Part shown: positions 1 to 11,427 of the stretch, piece after piece
Layout: every line of letters starts with the position of its first letter
How positions within the stretch are numbered: position 1 is the first letter of the stretch
Origin: Octopus sinensis
Lineage: Eukaryota
Assembly (NCBI RefSeq): GCF_006345805.1
Contig: NC_043005.1
Span: forward strand, 8,246,001 to 8,310,000
Reading direction: 5' to 3'
Length of the DNA stretch: 64,000 nt
Notes under the pieces: model-generated
What the model was told of the DNA's origin: nothing
Database searches by the model: none
Seen by the model: the letters and a program-made list of their open reading frames with translations, nothing else
Translations under genes and position numbers: made by a program

Positions 1-269
1 GTTAAAAACGTAGGCACGCCATTTTAAAGTTAAATGTTTATAAATTTTACACTTTACGCCATATTTTCAATAAACCGTTGTCATCTGTTGATGCAGTACA
101 CAACTCCAACTATCAATTAGAAAGATTGATATCATAAGCGTGCTATGTTGCGTCTAATCTGAGAATTGTAAACGTTTTGTGACAGCGGGCTCAAACTGCA
201 GGAACTTATAAATCTTCCAATTTCCAATGCAATATTTTTACGTCTTTATGTATTTAAACGTCTTTATGT

Positions 270-616
270 GTGAAGGCGCATGGCTCAGTGGTTAGAGCGT
301 CGAGCTTACGATCGTGAGGTTGTGAGCTCGAATCCCGGACCGGGCTGCGTGTTGTGTTCTTGAGCAAGGCACTTTATTTCACGTTGCTCCAGTTCACTCA
401 GCCGTAGAAATGAGTTGCGACGTCACTGGTGCCAAGCTGTATCGACCTTTGTCTTTCCCTTGGATAACACTGGTGGCGTCGAGAGGGGAGGCTGGTATGC
501 ATGGGCGACTACTGGTCTTCCATAAAAAAAAACAACCTTGCCCGGACTTGTGTCTAGGAGGGCAACTTTCTAGGTGCAATCCCATGGTCATTCATGACCG
601 AAGGGGGTCTTTTACC
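270..616 (+). mobile_element. tRNA-derived SINE (family B; CORE-like central domain)
   Basis: Head GGCGCATGGCTCAGTGGTTAGAGC...GCTCGAATCCC has A/B-box-like motifs, followed by TTGAGCAAGGCACTTTATTTCAC; possible 8-bp TSD CTTTATGT (262-269, 617-624). Confidence 0.85.
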
Positions 617-887
617 CTTTATGTTTTGGACTGTTGTCAATATTATGGTTAAGCAACTAAAACTTAGCCGGAGAATGCACTTGGATGTAACTTTTGACTA
701 TCATTGATTTGTTAGTTCTATTCTTACTTTGTATTATTTCCAAAATATTATTCCCATTTCATTTCTGATTAGCCTCCTACAGAATGGTAAGTAGTTTATG
801 AAATTGCCATTTGCTACAAGGCCAGAAATTTTGATTAATCTATGGGCGGTGTTTAAAAGCTTTCGTAACGGGAGAGTGAGACTTTAA

Positions 888-890
888 GAT

Positions 891-929
<39 letters not shown>

Positions 930-1025
930 ATGTATGTATGTATGTATGTATGTATGTATGTATGTATGTGCTTGTGTATTAATCTACATACATATACACA
1001 TATACAAATATATGTATGTATATAA

Positions 1026-1062
<37 letters not shown>

Positions 1063-1070
1063 CACAGACA

Positions 1071-1132
<62 letters not shown>
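888..1132. repeat. Compound microsatellite (TG)n(TGTA)n(TA)n(CA)n
   Basis: Directly visible; explains the ORFs called at 884-1217. Confidence 0.95.
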
Positions 1133-1370
1133 CAGTATTGGCCAAAAGTCACATGGTAGTAAATCAAAATTCCATAAATACTTAATATTCAATTTAATTT
1201 ATTCATTCCAATTATGAATGTTTAATAATTGAATGCTGTGAATTAAAAATCGACGTTTCTTTTCAACATTTGTCTATTTATTAGCAAAGTCTAAAAAATA
1301 ATATTGTGTTTTAATCTTGGAATTAAATGATTTTTGATTTACTGTCATGTGATTTTTGGCCAACCCTGTA
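1131..1370. mobile_element. Tc1/mariner-type MITE, 240 bp
   Basis: Left TACAGTATTGGCCAAAAGTCACATGGTAGTAAATCAAAA versus reverse complement of right end TACAGGGTTGGCCAAAAATCACATGACAGTAAATCAAAA: about 39-bp TIRs with 5 mismatches, TA at both ends, no ORF. Confidence 0.85.
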
Positions 1371-2561
1371 CGTATTACTACATATGAATAAAGTTGAATT
1401 TGACATGCTACCAAATATATTTTACGTGACTTTCGACATAGGACAAGAAATCAGGAGTCATGGTGTCATAAAGCAAACAACGGCAGTTAAAGATTAAATG
1501 AATATTAAAGCTAATTATTATTGTTGGTAATTGCATCATCCAAATACTTCTTTAAAACTCATAAACTATAGAAGTCTTACACATTTACCATTCAGCTGTC
1601 ATAGAATGATGGATAGTGAGAATATTTACAAGCAGCCACGTTTTATATAGTCTTTTCGTCGGTGACCTGCGTTAGCATTTGATTACTGTAGATAGGAGGC
1701 CTATTCACTTTGAAATTAACTTGCCACGTGTACTATCTAATTATTTCCATTAACGTCCAGACATTGAAGAATTAACTTTCGATTCTCTTTTACAGGTCTT
1801 CAAAAGTAAGAAAACTTATTAAAATTAAAATATTCAGCAGTTAATAGGAAATAAGGATTATACGTAAACCTATCTCCTGAAATATTTCCTTAATGATAAC
1901 CAAAACGGATTAAATTGCGGTCATATAGTGAACAAATTACTGAAAATAACTGAAAATAAATGCACTGTCCGTAAATTATGAAGGTGATTAAACAGACAAC
2001 AAGATGTGCTCGAGTAATTTCTGAAGTGTGGATTAATTAATGTTTATCCTGGTGAAATGTCGATCAAAGTTTAGAATTCATGAAGATCAAACGGTGATTA
2101 GATAGTGATTAATAGAGATTAGAGATTTAACTGTCATCAAATATTGAATGAAGACTGGTAAAATGGATGATTAAACATTTATCATATGCAAATAAATTAT
2201 CAAACGATAAAACAGCATGGTCAAAGTGTGATAAAATTATATGCAAACAAACAATCCCGCATGTAACTACACTGCGTAGGGAAAAAAAGAGGAAAAGAAA
2301 TATAAAACAGTTGAAAAATGTTGAATAGAAAAACTGGTAACTGCGAAGAATAAAGTAAACAGCTATGTTAAATCGTTGTATTTTATTTTGTAGCTTTTTA
2401 AAACACTGTTATTCTGAAGTAGGGTATCTTTTTATAGTTCCAAGTGAATAGAAATTGTTATTTGCAAAGAAATGTAACAATTTCGATCGATTCTGGAGGA
2501 AAAATGTATAGAATATTCATTGAAACACTCTCAGAAAACGGCAGATGCTATTAATCCTGTG

Positions 2562-2626
2562 TTATATGTTGTATTCCATCTCTTGGCAGAATTCTGCAAC
2601 TAATCCTATTTCACGCTTTGGATCCA
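2562..2626 (-). CDS. Candidate terminal coding exon of an unidentified gene
   Basis: Strong acceptor CTTTCTTTTTCTCCTTTTCAG| on the minus strand; phase-1 reading xDPKREIGLVAEFCQEMEYNI*. No homology recognised. Confidence 0.3.
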
Positions 2627-3623
2627 CTGAAAAGGAGAAAAAGAAAGCCACATTTCTCTGAATATATTAAGACAATATAATGGCAGCTTTAGAATTACAC
2701 CAATAGTATAGTTAAACATTAATTCTTGAATTATATTTAAAATATTGTTGAACTTTCAATTCAATATTTTACGTAAAAGCTCTTCATGACACTAAATGAG
2801 ATCAATACTTATTATTGATCTACTGAGGTGCCTTTCCTTTCGAAATAATTCCTCTAAATGCTGTTTTTGACTCACATACACGTTTGTGGATTTAAACGTG
2901 TTATAAGTATTATTGTGCATAAGACTTTTTCTCGTGTCAACGTAATGAAGTAATATTTTCCTGCTTTCAGGGAATAATCTATTTACTAACCGTGTATTAC
3001 GTATACAACTAACGTTAACTGACATATCTGAGATGATTGTGTACAATATAGAGATGTAGTGACTTAAAAATGAAGTCACAGGGTTTTAGGCATATCTGAT
3101 AGAGACGAATCATTTACCTAACCTACTGTTGTGTTAGAATTCAAACTTAATGACAATGCTATGATAAAATCATCGCTAACTATTTCTGTTTTTGAAAATT
3201 GAATAATTCTTTGAGAAATAGTATTTATCTATTATAGAGTATTGTATTTATTCAGCTTTGATTTAAACAGTATGGTGATTTCGAATGACTTTTTAACATT
3301 TCCAGCTGGGATAAGCCGGAAGAGAATTTGGAAGTGATCTTGGTGAGAATCTGATATTATATATTTAATAGCTGATATGCACTTGTGCTGTAACAACTCA
3401 TTCGCCCTAGGTAGTGACAGATAATGATGCCAAATTAGAAATCAATTTATATGTCTGCGTAATCTAATTGCCAGGACAATGAATTTGGACAGGAAAATCA
3501 GCTACAGTTTGTAGGTGACTTTACTTTCACGTGTCCCTTCTGTACGTTAGTTAGATGGAAATGAAATTACCGTGAAATAGCTTGGCTCAATCAATTATTC
3601 AGAATGTAGCTTTAAGCTCTTAC

Positions 3624-3742
3624 CTCGATTCTGATTAAGAATTTGTGCACTAGATCTAGTCTCCTGCGATGACAGCTTTCTTCTCGACAGGTGGCAGGTT
3701 TCCACGCCTGAGAAAGTTGGATTTCTCTTGCGTGAAGAGCCT
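3624..3742 (-). CDS. Candidate 119-nt internal exon of an unidentified gene
   Basis: Acceptor TTTTATTTTTCTTCTTCATACTAG|, donor GAG|GTAAGA, GC higher than flanks; two frames open (xALHAREIQLSQAWKPATCREESCHRRRLDLVHKFLIRIE, or GSSRKRNPTFSG...QNR). Confidence 0.4.
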
Positions 3743-4099
3743 CTAGTATGAAGAAGAAAAATAAAACAATTCATTATCCCGACGTTGTCAACATAATAGA
3801 ATTATTGATATCGGTTATACACAATAATACCAAATTAACCAGGTTTTGAAAATAAACTTAAAATGAGTGAGAGAACTATTATAAAAATTCAGATGTATTT
3901 AATTTCACACTAAAAAAATATGAAGGTATTACTATGTTTATTTGTAAAAAATATAAATTCCCAATGGATGTGCCACTTGTAAGCTATAGTTACCAGTAAC
4001 ATTCTAAATTATACATCTACTAGTAAAAATGTAAATTTCTTATGGCTGTTGTGCACATAAATTATATTTACCAGTAGAATAGTAAACAATGTAATTTTG

Positions 4100-4230
4100 C
4101 CAGCTGAATGGAGTGGAGCAACGTGAAATGAAGTGTTTTGCTCAAGAACACAACGCGTCGCCCGGTCCAGGAATCGAAAGCATAATCTTATGATCATGAT
4201 GCTGACACCCTAACCACTAAGCCATGCGCC
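4100..4230 (-). mobile_element. SINE family B, 5' fragment
   Basis: Reverse complement matches the head and core of the 270-616 copy. Confidence 0.8.
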
Positions 4231-4404
4231 TCTACAAGTTCTGCATTAATTGGTCATGAATCTTCTCTTTTTCCTGGACATTTGATTGCACATTCACATC
4301 TGTTGGGCAGCTGACATATACAACAGTACATCAATTTTGTATGTATGTATGTATGTATGTATGTATGTATGTATGTATGTATGTATGTATGTATGTATGT
4401 ATGT

Positions 4405-5410
4405 ATTACGTATGCATGTCATTATTCAGTTTATTTCAAGATTTGTTGCCAATAGAGAAAGAAGCGGTTTCTAACCTAGATACAAGTCTTCTTCATTAGA
4501 TTTTCAACATCAACAACAGGGTATTTTTGTATGTATGTATGTATGCATGTGCAAATTTGTATGTTTTATGTATGTATCCTCCTGCAAATAGTTGCATATC
4601 TACATATGCTCATATATACTATACTTCTGGAAAGTTTTAGAGATTTTTACAGTTCCAGTGATGGATTGGATCTCTCGTCTTCGAGAAGCCTAATTTATCA
4701 AGACTAGTATTTAGGCAGTGTGTTACAATAATTACAGGTATAAGCCTGAACATATAATCTGGATAGAGTAACGGCAGATTTCTCAATAGTTCAGCATAGG
4801 TGTTCTATTTTTTACTGATCTTCAGCTTTATGTTAACATCCGCTGGGCAGATAATTTCCACAGCTGTGCATAGTTCCTCTTCTCTATCCCAAATCATTGT
4901 ATCAGGTCTGTTGTGCTTACATTTTATTGATGTCTTCACTGGTATTCCTTTATATAATGAGTAGCTATGGCTTCTACCATATTGTGGATTCGTATTTCTT
5001 TGTCCTCGGGATTATCCATCCGACGGATTTCATTATAGAGGGTCCTAGCTACATCATGTCTCATCGATGACATTTACGGACAACTGCTTATGATGTCGGT
5101 GATATCTTCAGTATGAACTCCAGAAAGTCTGCATCGTTTGTCAGATTTTACGGCTTTTCATGCATCTCAATCCCTTTTGTGCATCAGGTGCTACGTTGAT
5201 ATTTCCTGTTCCTGGATTGCAAATGCGTACACTTCAAAGTGGGAAGTAGTAATCCGGTTATTGGTCCATGATAAACTGCTTTGATGGTCGATGTTACTAT
5301 TATGACGGTGCTTTCTACTGACATAACCATGCATAGTCTTTTGCTCATATAGGCGCATCTTTTCGTCTTATTAAACTTTGCGGTAGCGTCGTGCGAATTC
5401 TTTGGGCATG
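4405..5410 (-). mobile_element. Decayed R4/Dong-like (RLE) non-LTR retrotransposon, 3' fragment
   Basis: Minus-strand translation gives KTMHGY, SHFEVYAFAIQEQEIST, CRLSG..EDITDIISSCP, RHDVARTLY and KHNRPDTMIWD..EIICPADVN (CCHC remnant plus PD-D/ExK endonuclease); ends toward (ATAC)n at 4339-4405. Confidence 0.75.
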
Positions 5411-5414
5411 TTTG

Positions 5415-5463
<49 letters not shown>

Positions 5464-5474
5464 ATATATATATA

Positions 5475-5508
<34 letters not shown>

Positions 5509-5632
5509 CTTTTGTAGAAGAGCCTAGGCTCGAAACATAAAAGCCTTTTTCTATTCCTGAGCGTTATACTAATACATCTGTTTGTTTTGTACACCACCTG
5601 TCTTCGTCGTTTGTTTTCCTTTCGTAAACTCT

Positions 5633-5635
<3 letters not shown>
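5509..5635 (+). mobile_element. (TA)n-embedded cassette, probable Penelope-like terminus, with hammerhead-like motif
   Basis: Similar copies at 9245-9360 (+), 17547-17715 (-) and 47120-47210 (+); contains CTTT-TGTAGAA-GAGC-CTAG-GCTC-GAAAC-ATA-AAAG. Confidence 0.6.
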
Positions 5636-5676
<41 letters not shown>

Positions 5677-5761
5677 TCACTGTAAAACTCCTATTCTTAT
5701 GGCTATAGGTTAGGTTTTAGTAATACTAATAATAATAACAACTTATTACTATTACTTTCAT

Positions 5762-5822
<61 letters not shown>

Positions 5823-6323
5823 GTCGTTGTTGTTATCATTATTATTATTATTATTCTTAATATCATAGAAAAAGTGTAGGAGTTAACCGTTGTCATTACT
5901 TCTGTTCAGGAACAATGAAACATATTTGTTTATACATTAAAGGATATTCCCTAGGTATCGAAGCGTTAAATCGATATTTGATTGGAAAAGCAAGACTAAC
6001 GAAAGCCAACCAAAACTTCTCAACTGGTTACCATAGCAACAGCCATTAGAGTAGTGATTGCAGACAATTATATTTTGTCAATATGACACATACATAAAGG
6101 CAACCGGACGTACAAACACATACGTGATTACGTATATATATATATATACATACACAATATATATATGTTTATGTATGTACGACTATATATGAATATACAT
6201 GTTTACACATTTACCGATGTGTATCTATGTATCTATCCAACTATCTATCTATCTAACAATCTAACTATATATCTATACACACGCGCTAAAACACACGCAC
6301 ACACACACATACATAAATGCACT

Positions 6324-6358
<35 letters not shown>

Positions 6359-7857
6359 TATATACATATTCATGTATAAATATATATACATATTCAAACA
6401 TATATACGTAGATATAAACAGACATACATATATATTTGCATATGTATAATCATGTATGTATATTTCCATAAATACACATGGTTCACACGTTTATAATATA
6501 TATATATATATATCATTGTCTTGTGAGAGGGTGTGTGTGTGGATGTGCGCGCGTGTGTGTGGATGTCTCTGTATCTGAAGGAAGTGTCAAATGGGAAAGG
6601 GGAATGAAAGGAAGGAGGAAGAGAGGAGGAAGTAAAAAATGTGTTTACAGTTTTGCAACAGGTCAGATAAAAAGGAAATCCAGACAATCGTTTGAAAAGG
6701 GACATTTTTCTCCCCTTGGAGAACCCATCTGGGTTTGCCATTTCTAAAAGCCAAGAATCATTTACTATTGAAAGACTGACCAGCTGCAAATATATCAACA
6801 TTTTTTTCTTTTTTCTCTCCTTCTTCTTCCTTTCCTTCTCTTTTTCTTTAACAAATCCTTTCAGATACAAACACACACACACACGCGCGCGCTCTCTCAA
6901 ACGTTCCCACCATTCCTCACCCTCTTGTATTATCTTATATGGCTCCCCACCCCTACACACTCAATAATAATATAAAAAGAGACAAAATTCCTGCAAAAGT
7001 TCAATTTGACAACTCTACTAGAGTGGACGAAAGCGCTGATATATATGATATATGATTTATAAAAACATGTAACATACTAATAAATATCTCTAAATATAAA
7101 ACCATCCAGATTTCTGAGTACCTCATTTCTTCTAATATATATATATTAGAAGAATGTGTGTGTGTGTGTATGTTGGTGTATTTACATCTCCGTAACATAC
7201 CGGTTCAGGAAAAGACACCGATAGTCGTGCCCTAGCAAGGCCACAGCTCGTGAGCTGAAATTAGATGAAATCAAATGAAATAATATATATATATATAATT
7301 TAAAAATAGGATAAAATCTTTATAAGGATTTATCAAGTAGTTAGCGTGAAAAACCTCATAAGAGAAAAGGTCCACCAATTTTTTTCACTTGAATATATTT
7401 ATTTATATTATATAGAGGAGATTACCATATTTTATCCTATTTTTAAATTGTAAATTTAACCGGAGTATATTCAGTACTGAATTTCTATTCCCAATATGCA
7501 CGTTGTTATCGAAGTGCGATTCGAAAAATCTCGCCATTTACATAGATCTATAAAGCGTGAACGTTTCTAATTGCTACGTTGGATAAATTGGTTGTTCGTC
7601 TGGTATGCTGATTTTGTTCATTCGTTATAAATTTTGAATTATGCTTGCACTGATGATTAAATAGTGAATTACTGCACTAATTATGAAATTACGTTGTCTG
7701 CAGTTAAATTTTGTTTTTAAATGACTTGCTTCAAGAGTTGCATTCGGTACGATGTGTTTATTTATTTTGGTAGCTTTTGAGTTTAAGAGTCCCCCCTAGC
7801 GTATATAATTATGTATAGTTATGCCCTCTATATAATATATATATATATATCTTATAT

Positions 7858-7920
<63 letters not shown>

Positions 7921-7926
<6 letters not shown>

Positions 7927-9190
7927 GTAATCCCATATGTTCTGCCCGATTTTACCTTTTTAAAAATTGAATGGAATTTAATAGTATTTTAGAATGTCTA
8001 ATGGAATTAAAAATGATTTTTTATGCATTTGTGTACAGTTAAACTAATTAATATTATTTTACAGAATAATAGAATTAAAATTTCTTTGATTAAATTTCTA
8101 ACATGGAAGTATCCAAAGGTCAATTGAGGTTCATAATACTTTATGAGTACAAAAAAAGAAAGTCTGCTGCCGAAGCAACTCGAAACATACACTGAATTTA
8201 TGGGAAAGAATACTTGATTGAAAGAACTTGCAGCAGAAGGTTTGCAAAATTCCGAAGTGGGGATTTGAGCTTTGAAGATGAAGATCAAACAGGATGTCCA
8301 GTTGTGTTTGATGATAAGCTTATTGAGGTATTACTTGAAGAAAATCCTGCAGTTGAAGAATTGGCAATAAAGCTTAGTTCAAACCATACAACTGTTCATC
8401 GTCATCTTCAACAACTTGGAAAAGTTCCTAAACTTGGAATATGGCTGCCTCATAAATTGTCTGAAAGCAACCGCAAATCCCGAGATGACATCTGCTCTTC
8501 TCTCCATTTTCACGAACCCATTTCAGCCTTTCTGGATAGACTTGTGACTGGTGAGGAAAAATGGATCTTCTATCGAAATGTTAAACGTCGTAAACAATGG
8601 CTTTGTAAAAGGGAAAAAAGCTCAACAACAACCGAGAAGGGAACTTCAAGGGAAGAAGTTTCTTTTCTTTGTCTGGTGGGATTGCAGGGGAGTATTTCAC
8701 TTTGAATTGCAACAAGCATTAGCCAAGTCTACTGTCGGCAATTAGAACGTTTGAACCAAGTTTGAAGAGTAAAAAGACCCGCTTTAGTGAATCGAAGAGG
8801 ACTAATGTTTCATCAGGACAATGCGCGACCTCACACTGAAAAAATCACATCAAAGAAGATCGAAGAGCTTGGTTGGGAAAATATTCCTCATCCACCTGAT
8901 TCTCCTGACCTTGTTCCTTCAGACTACCACTTGTTTTGTAGTTTACAGAAGCATTAGGGGAACATAACTTTCGAAAAGCAGGAGGAGGTCGAAACTGACA
9001 TTTCAGAGTTCTTCGATTTGAAAGCAAAACAGTCTTACATTGATGGGATTAAAAAGCTTGTAAATAGATTCAAGGACGTCATAGATAATCAGGGAAAGTA
9101 CATTGATGATTAAATTTCAGTTAAATATAACATTTGATCGATTATTTTCTTTATTCAAAATTCGGACAGATCTTATGGAATGACCTGATA
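7921..9190 (+). mobile_element. Full-length mariner transposon (about 1.27 kb), inactive
   Basis: TIRs TATCAGGTAATCCCATATGTTCTGCCCGATTT and (rc) TATCAGGTCATTCCATAAGATCTGTCCGAATTT; transposase pseudogene inside. Confidence 0.95.
8103..9113 (+). pseudogene. Mariner DD34D transposase pseudogene
   Basis: MEVSKGQLRFIILYEY..., WLPHKL, VTGEEKWIFY, HQDNARPH, HPPDSPDLVPSDYHLF; interrupted by stops and frameshifts. Confidence 0.95.
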
Positions 9191-9244
9191 TAAATATGTA
9201 TAAGAACATACACACATTTATTCCCTCTCTGTTTATTTCTTCGT

Positions 9245-9360
9245 CTTCCTTTCTGTTCAAAAGCGCAGGCTCGAAACTTTCTCACCTTTCCGAGCGTCAA
9301 TCTAAGACAACTGCTTGCTGTTTCGTCATCGGCTTTTGGTTTTTTCTGTAAATTTCGACT
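9245..9360 (+). mobile_element. Degenerate copy of the 5509-5635 cassette
   Basis: CTTTCTGTTCAAAAGCGCAGGCTCGAAAC and downstream similarity to the cassette. Confidence 0.5.
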
Positions 9361-9496
9361 ATATACACATATGTATATATGTATATATGTATATATTTAT
9401 TGGCTAAACTGGCAAAATGACCATTCCGAAATACAACAATGTCTGTTTCAACACACGACTTCACATAAAAAATCTTGCACAACAAATATATAAACG

Positions 9497-9552
<56 letters not shown>

Positions 9553-9780
9553 TATATTACTCTTTCACTCTTTTACTCGTTTCAGCCATGCGGCCATGCT
9601 CATGCTGGAGTAAAACCATGGTCTCTCTGACTTGCTGAGTCTGTGTGTTTTACATCATCACTCCTGTATGTGCCTTGTCCTAGCTGTGGGTACATTTGCT
9701 GTATAATGGGGTTTGATTCCGCTGCCCTCGTCTATAATTCATGTCGATATATATATCTATCTATCTATCTATCTATATAT

Positions 9781-9839
<59 letters not shown>

Positions 9840-10259
9840 AATCAATCATACATATATTCACACAACCATACATACATACATATATATGTGTGTATGAAAT
9901 TGTGTGTATGTATTTGTGCGTTTGTTGTACAACCACTTACATATATATACACACTCATACATATACATTCTTCATGAACGTAAGATTATATCATTGTATA
10001 TATGAATATATATAATATATATATATATATATTATATATATATATATTATATATATATATATATAATATATATAAATACATATATATATATATACATATA
10101 TTCACGCATATATCTATACATGCATACATATATCTGAATCTGGGTGTGCGTGTGTATTTATGTTTCTCACTCTCTCTTTATCTGATAAAGAAAAATAGAT
10201 TTGTTATTGTGCAGAGTATGTGAACATTTTTGCCTTCTATTCATACGTGTCTTCTCAAC

Positions 10260-11379
10260 CATGCAGAGCGCCTATAACCGAAACTTCCAAAGCTCCTCTT
10301 CACATGTTCTTTGCTCTTTCTGTCAGAGTTCCAAAATAATACAACTCTGAATTCGCAGAATAAATAACTGGTAGTGAGTTTTCTTTTAATCTCTTGAAAA
10401 AGTTTTTGTTACTTTCTATTAAATTAGTTTTCAGCTGGTCTTTGAACTACTTGTTTGGTCCTTCAGCTAGGACGTCTAACTGCATATATAGTTTTGTCCG
10501 GGCATAACACGGGTCAGACAAACACATTGTTTGATATATACTGTGCTATTGTTATTTCAGTGAAGGATTTTTAATTTTCTAGTCGTATCTGCGAAGGATT
10601 CTGAAAGTATTTTCTGGACAAAGAAAAAACTAAATACTTCAGTTCCACAATATGTTGGTTGTGTATGGTTCGTATCTCGTACCCTCACATGAGATTGTAA
10701 CTAAATTAAGCCGAGGTTGTTGCTTCGAAAACTAGCTATGTCTTTAAAATTAAAGATTTTGGTCTGAGGCAGTTTAGAAGTGTCTCATTCAATGTACTGT
10801 GGTTGGAATTGTGTCAAGTTACCGTTAATTGGAAGCACGTAGATACCAGTTACCGTTGTTTTGAGAAAGTGCGGCGGGAGAGAAGGTGTTATTGGCATAA
10901 CTTCGGTTTTATGCAATTCTTTTAATAAGTGGAACAACTGCGGACTTGATGGCTCGGAGGACCTTCGAGCTGTGAGATACTCAAAAACAGTCAAGAATGT
11001 CAGCCATTCAGTTTTACGATTCCTTCATATTCACTGTTATCTAAAGATCGACCCAGCTCTGCTCTGTCACTTTCGCTAATTCGGGTCCATATACGTGTTT
11101 CATAATCTCCCAACATTTTTCTAAATCTAATGCCTTCGTGGGTTTGATGAGTTAATCGTATCGAATACTACTCTTTTACCTGTTTCAATCATTTGACTGC
11201 GGCCATGCTGGAGCACCGCCTTTAGTCGAACAAATCGATCCTAGGACTTTCTAAGCCTAGTACTTATCGGTCTCTTTGCCGAACCGCTAAGTTACAGGGA
11301 CGTAAAAACACCGGCATCGGTTATCAAGCGATATTGGGAGGACAAACACAGACACAGAAACATATACACACACATACAT

Positions 11380-11427
<48 letters not shown>

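Noticed and set aside
270-350. tRNA genes at SINE heads (also near 28030-28090 and 62730-62795)
   Set aside because: No complete cloverleaf or acceptor stem; each continues into a SINE body.
4462-4499. Hammerhead-like CTAATGA...GAAAC on the minus strand
   Set aside because: G5 is missing and stems I and III do not pair.
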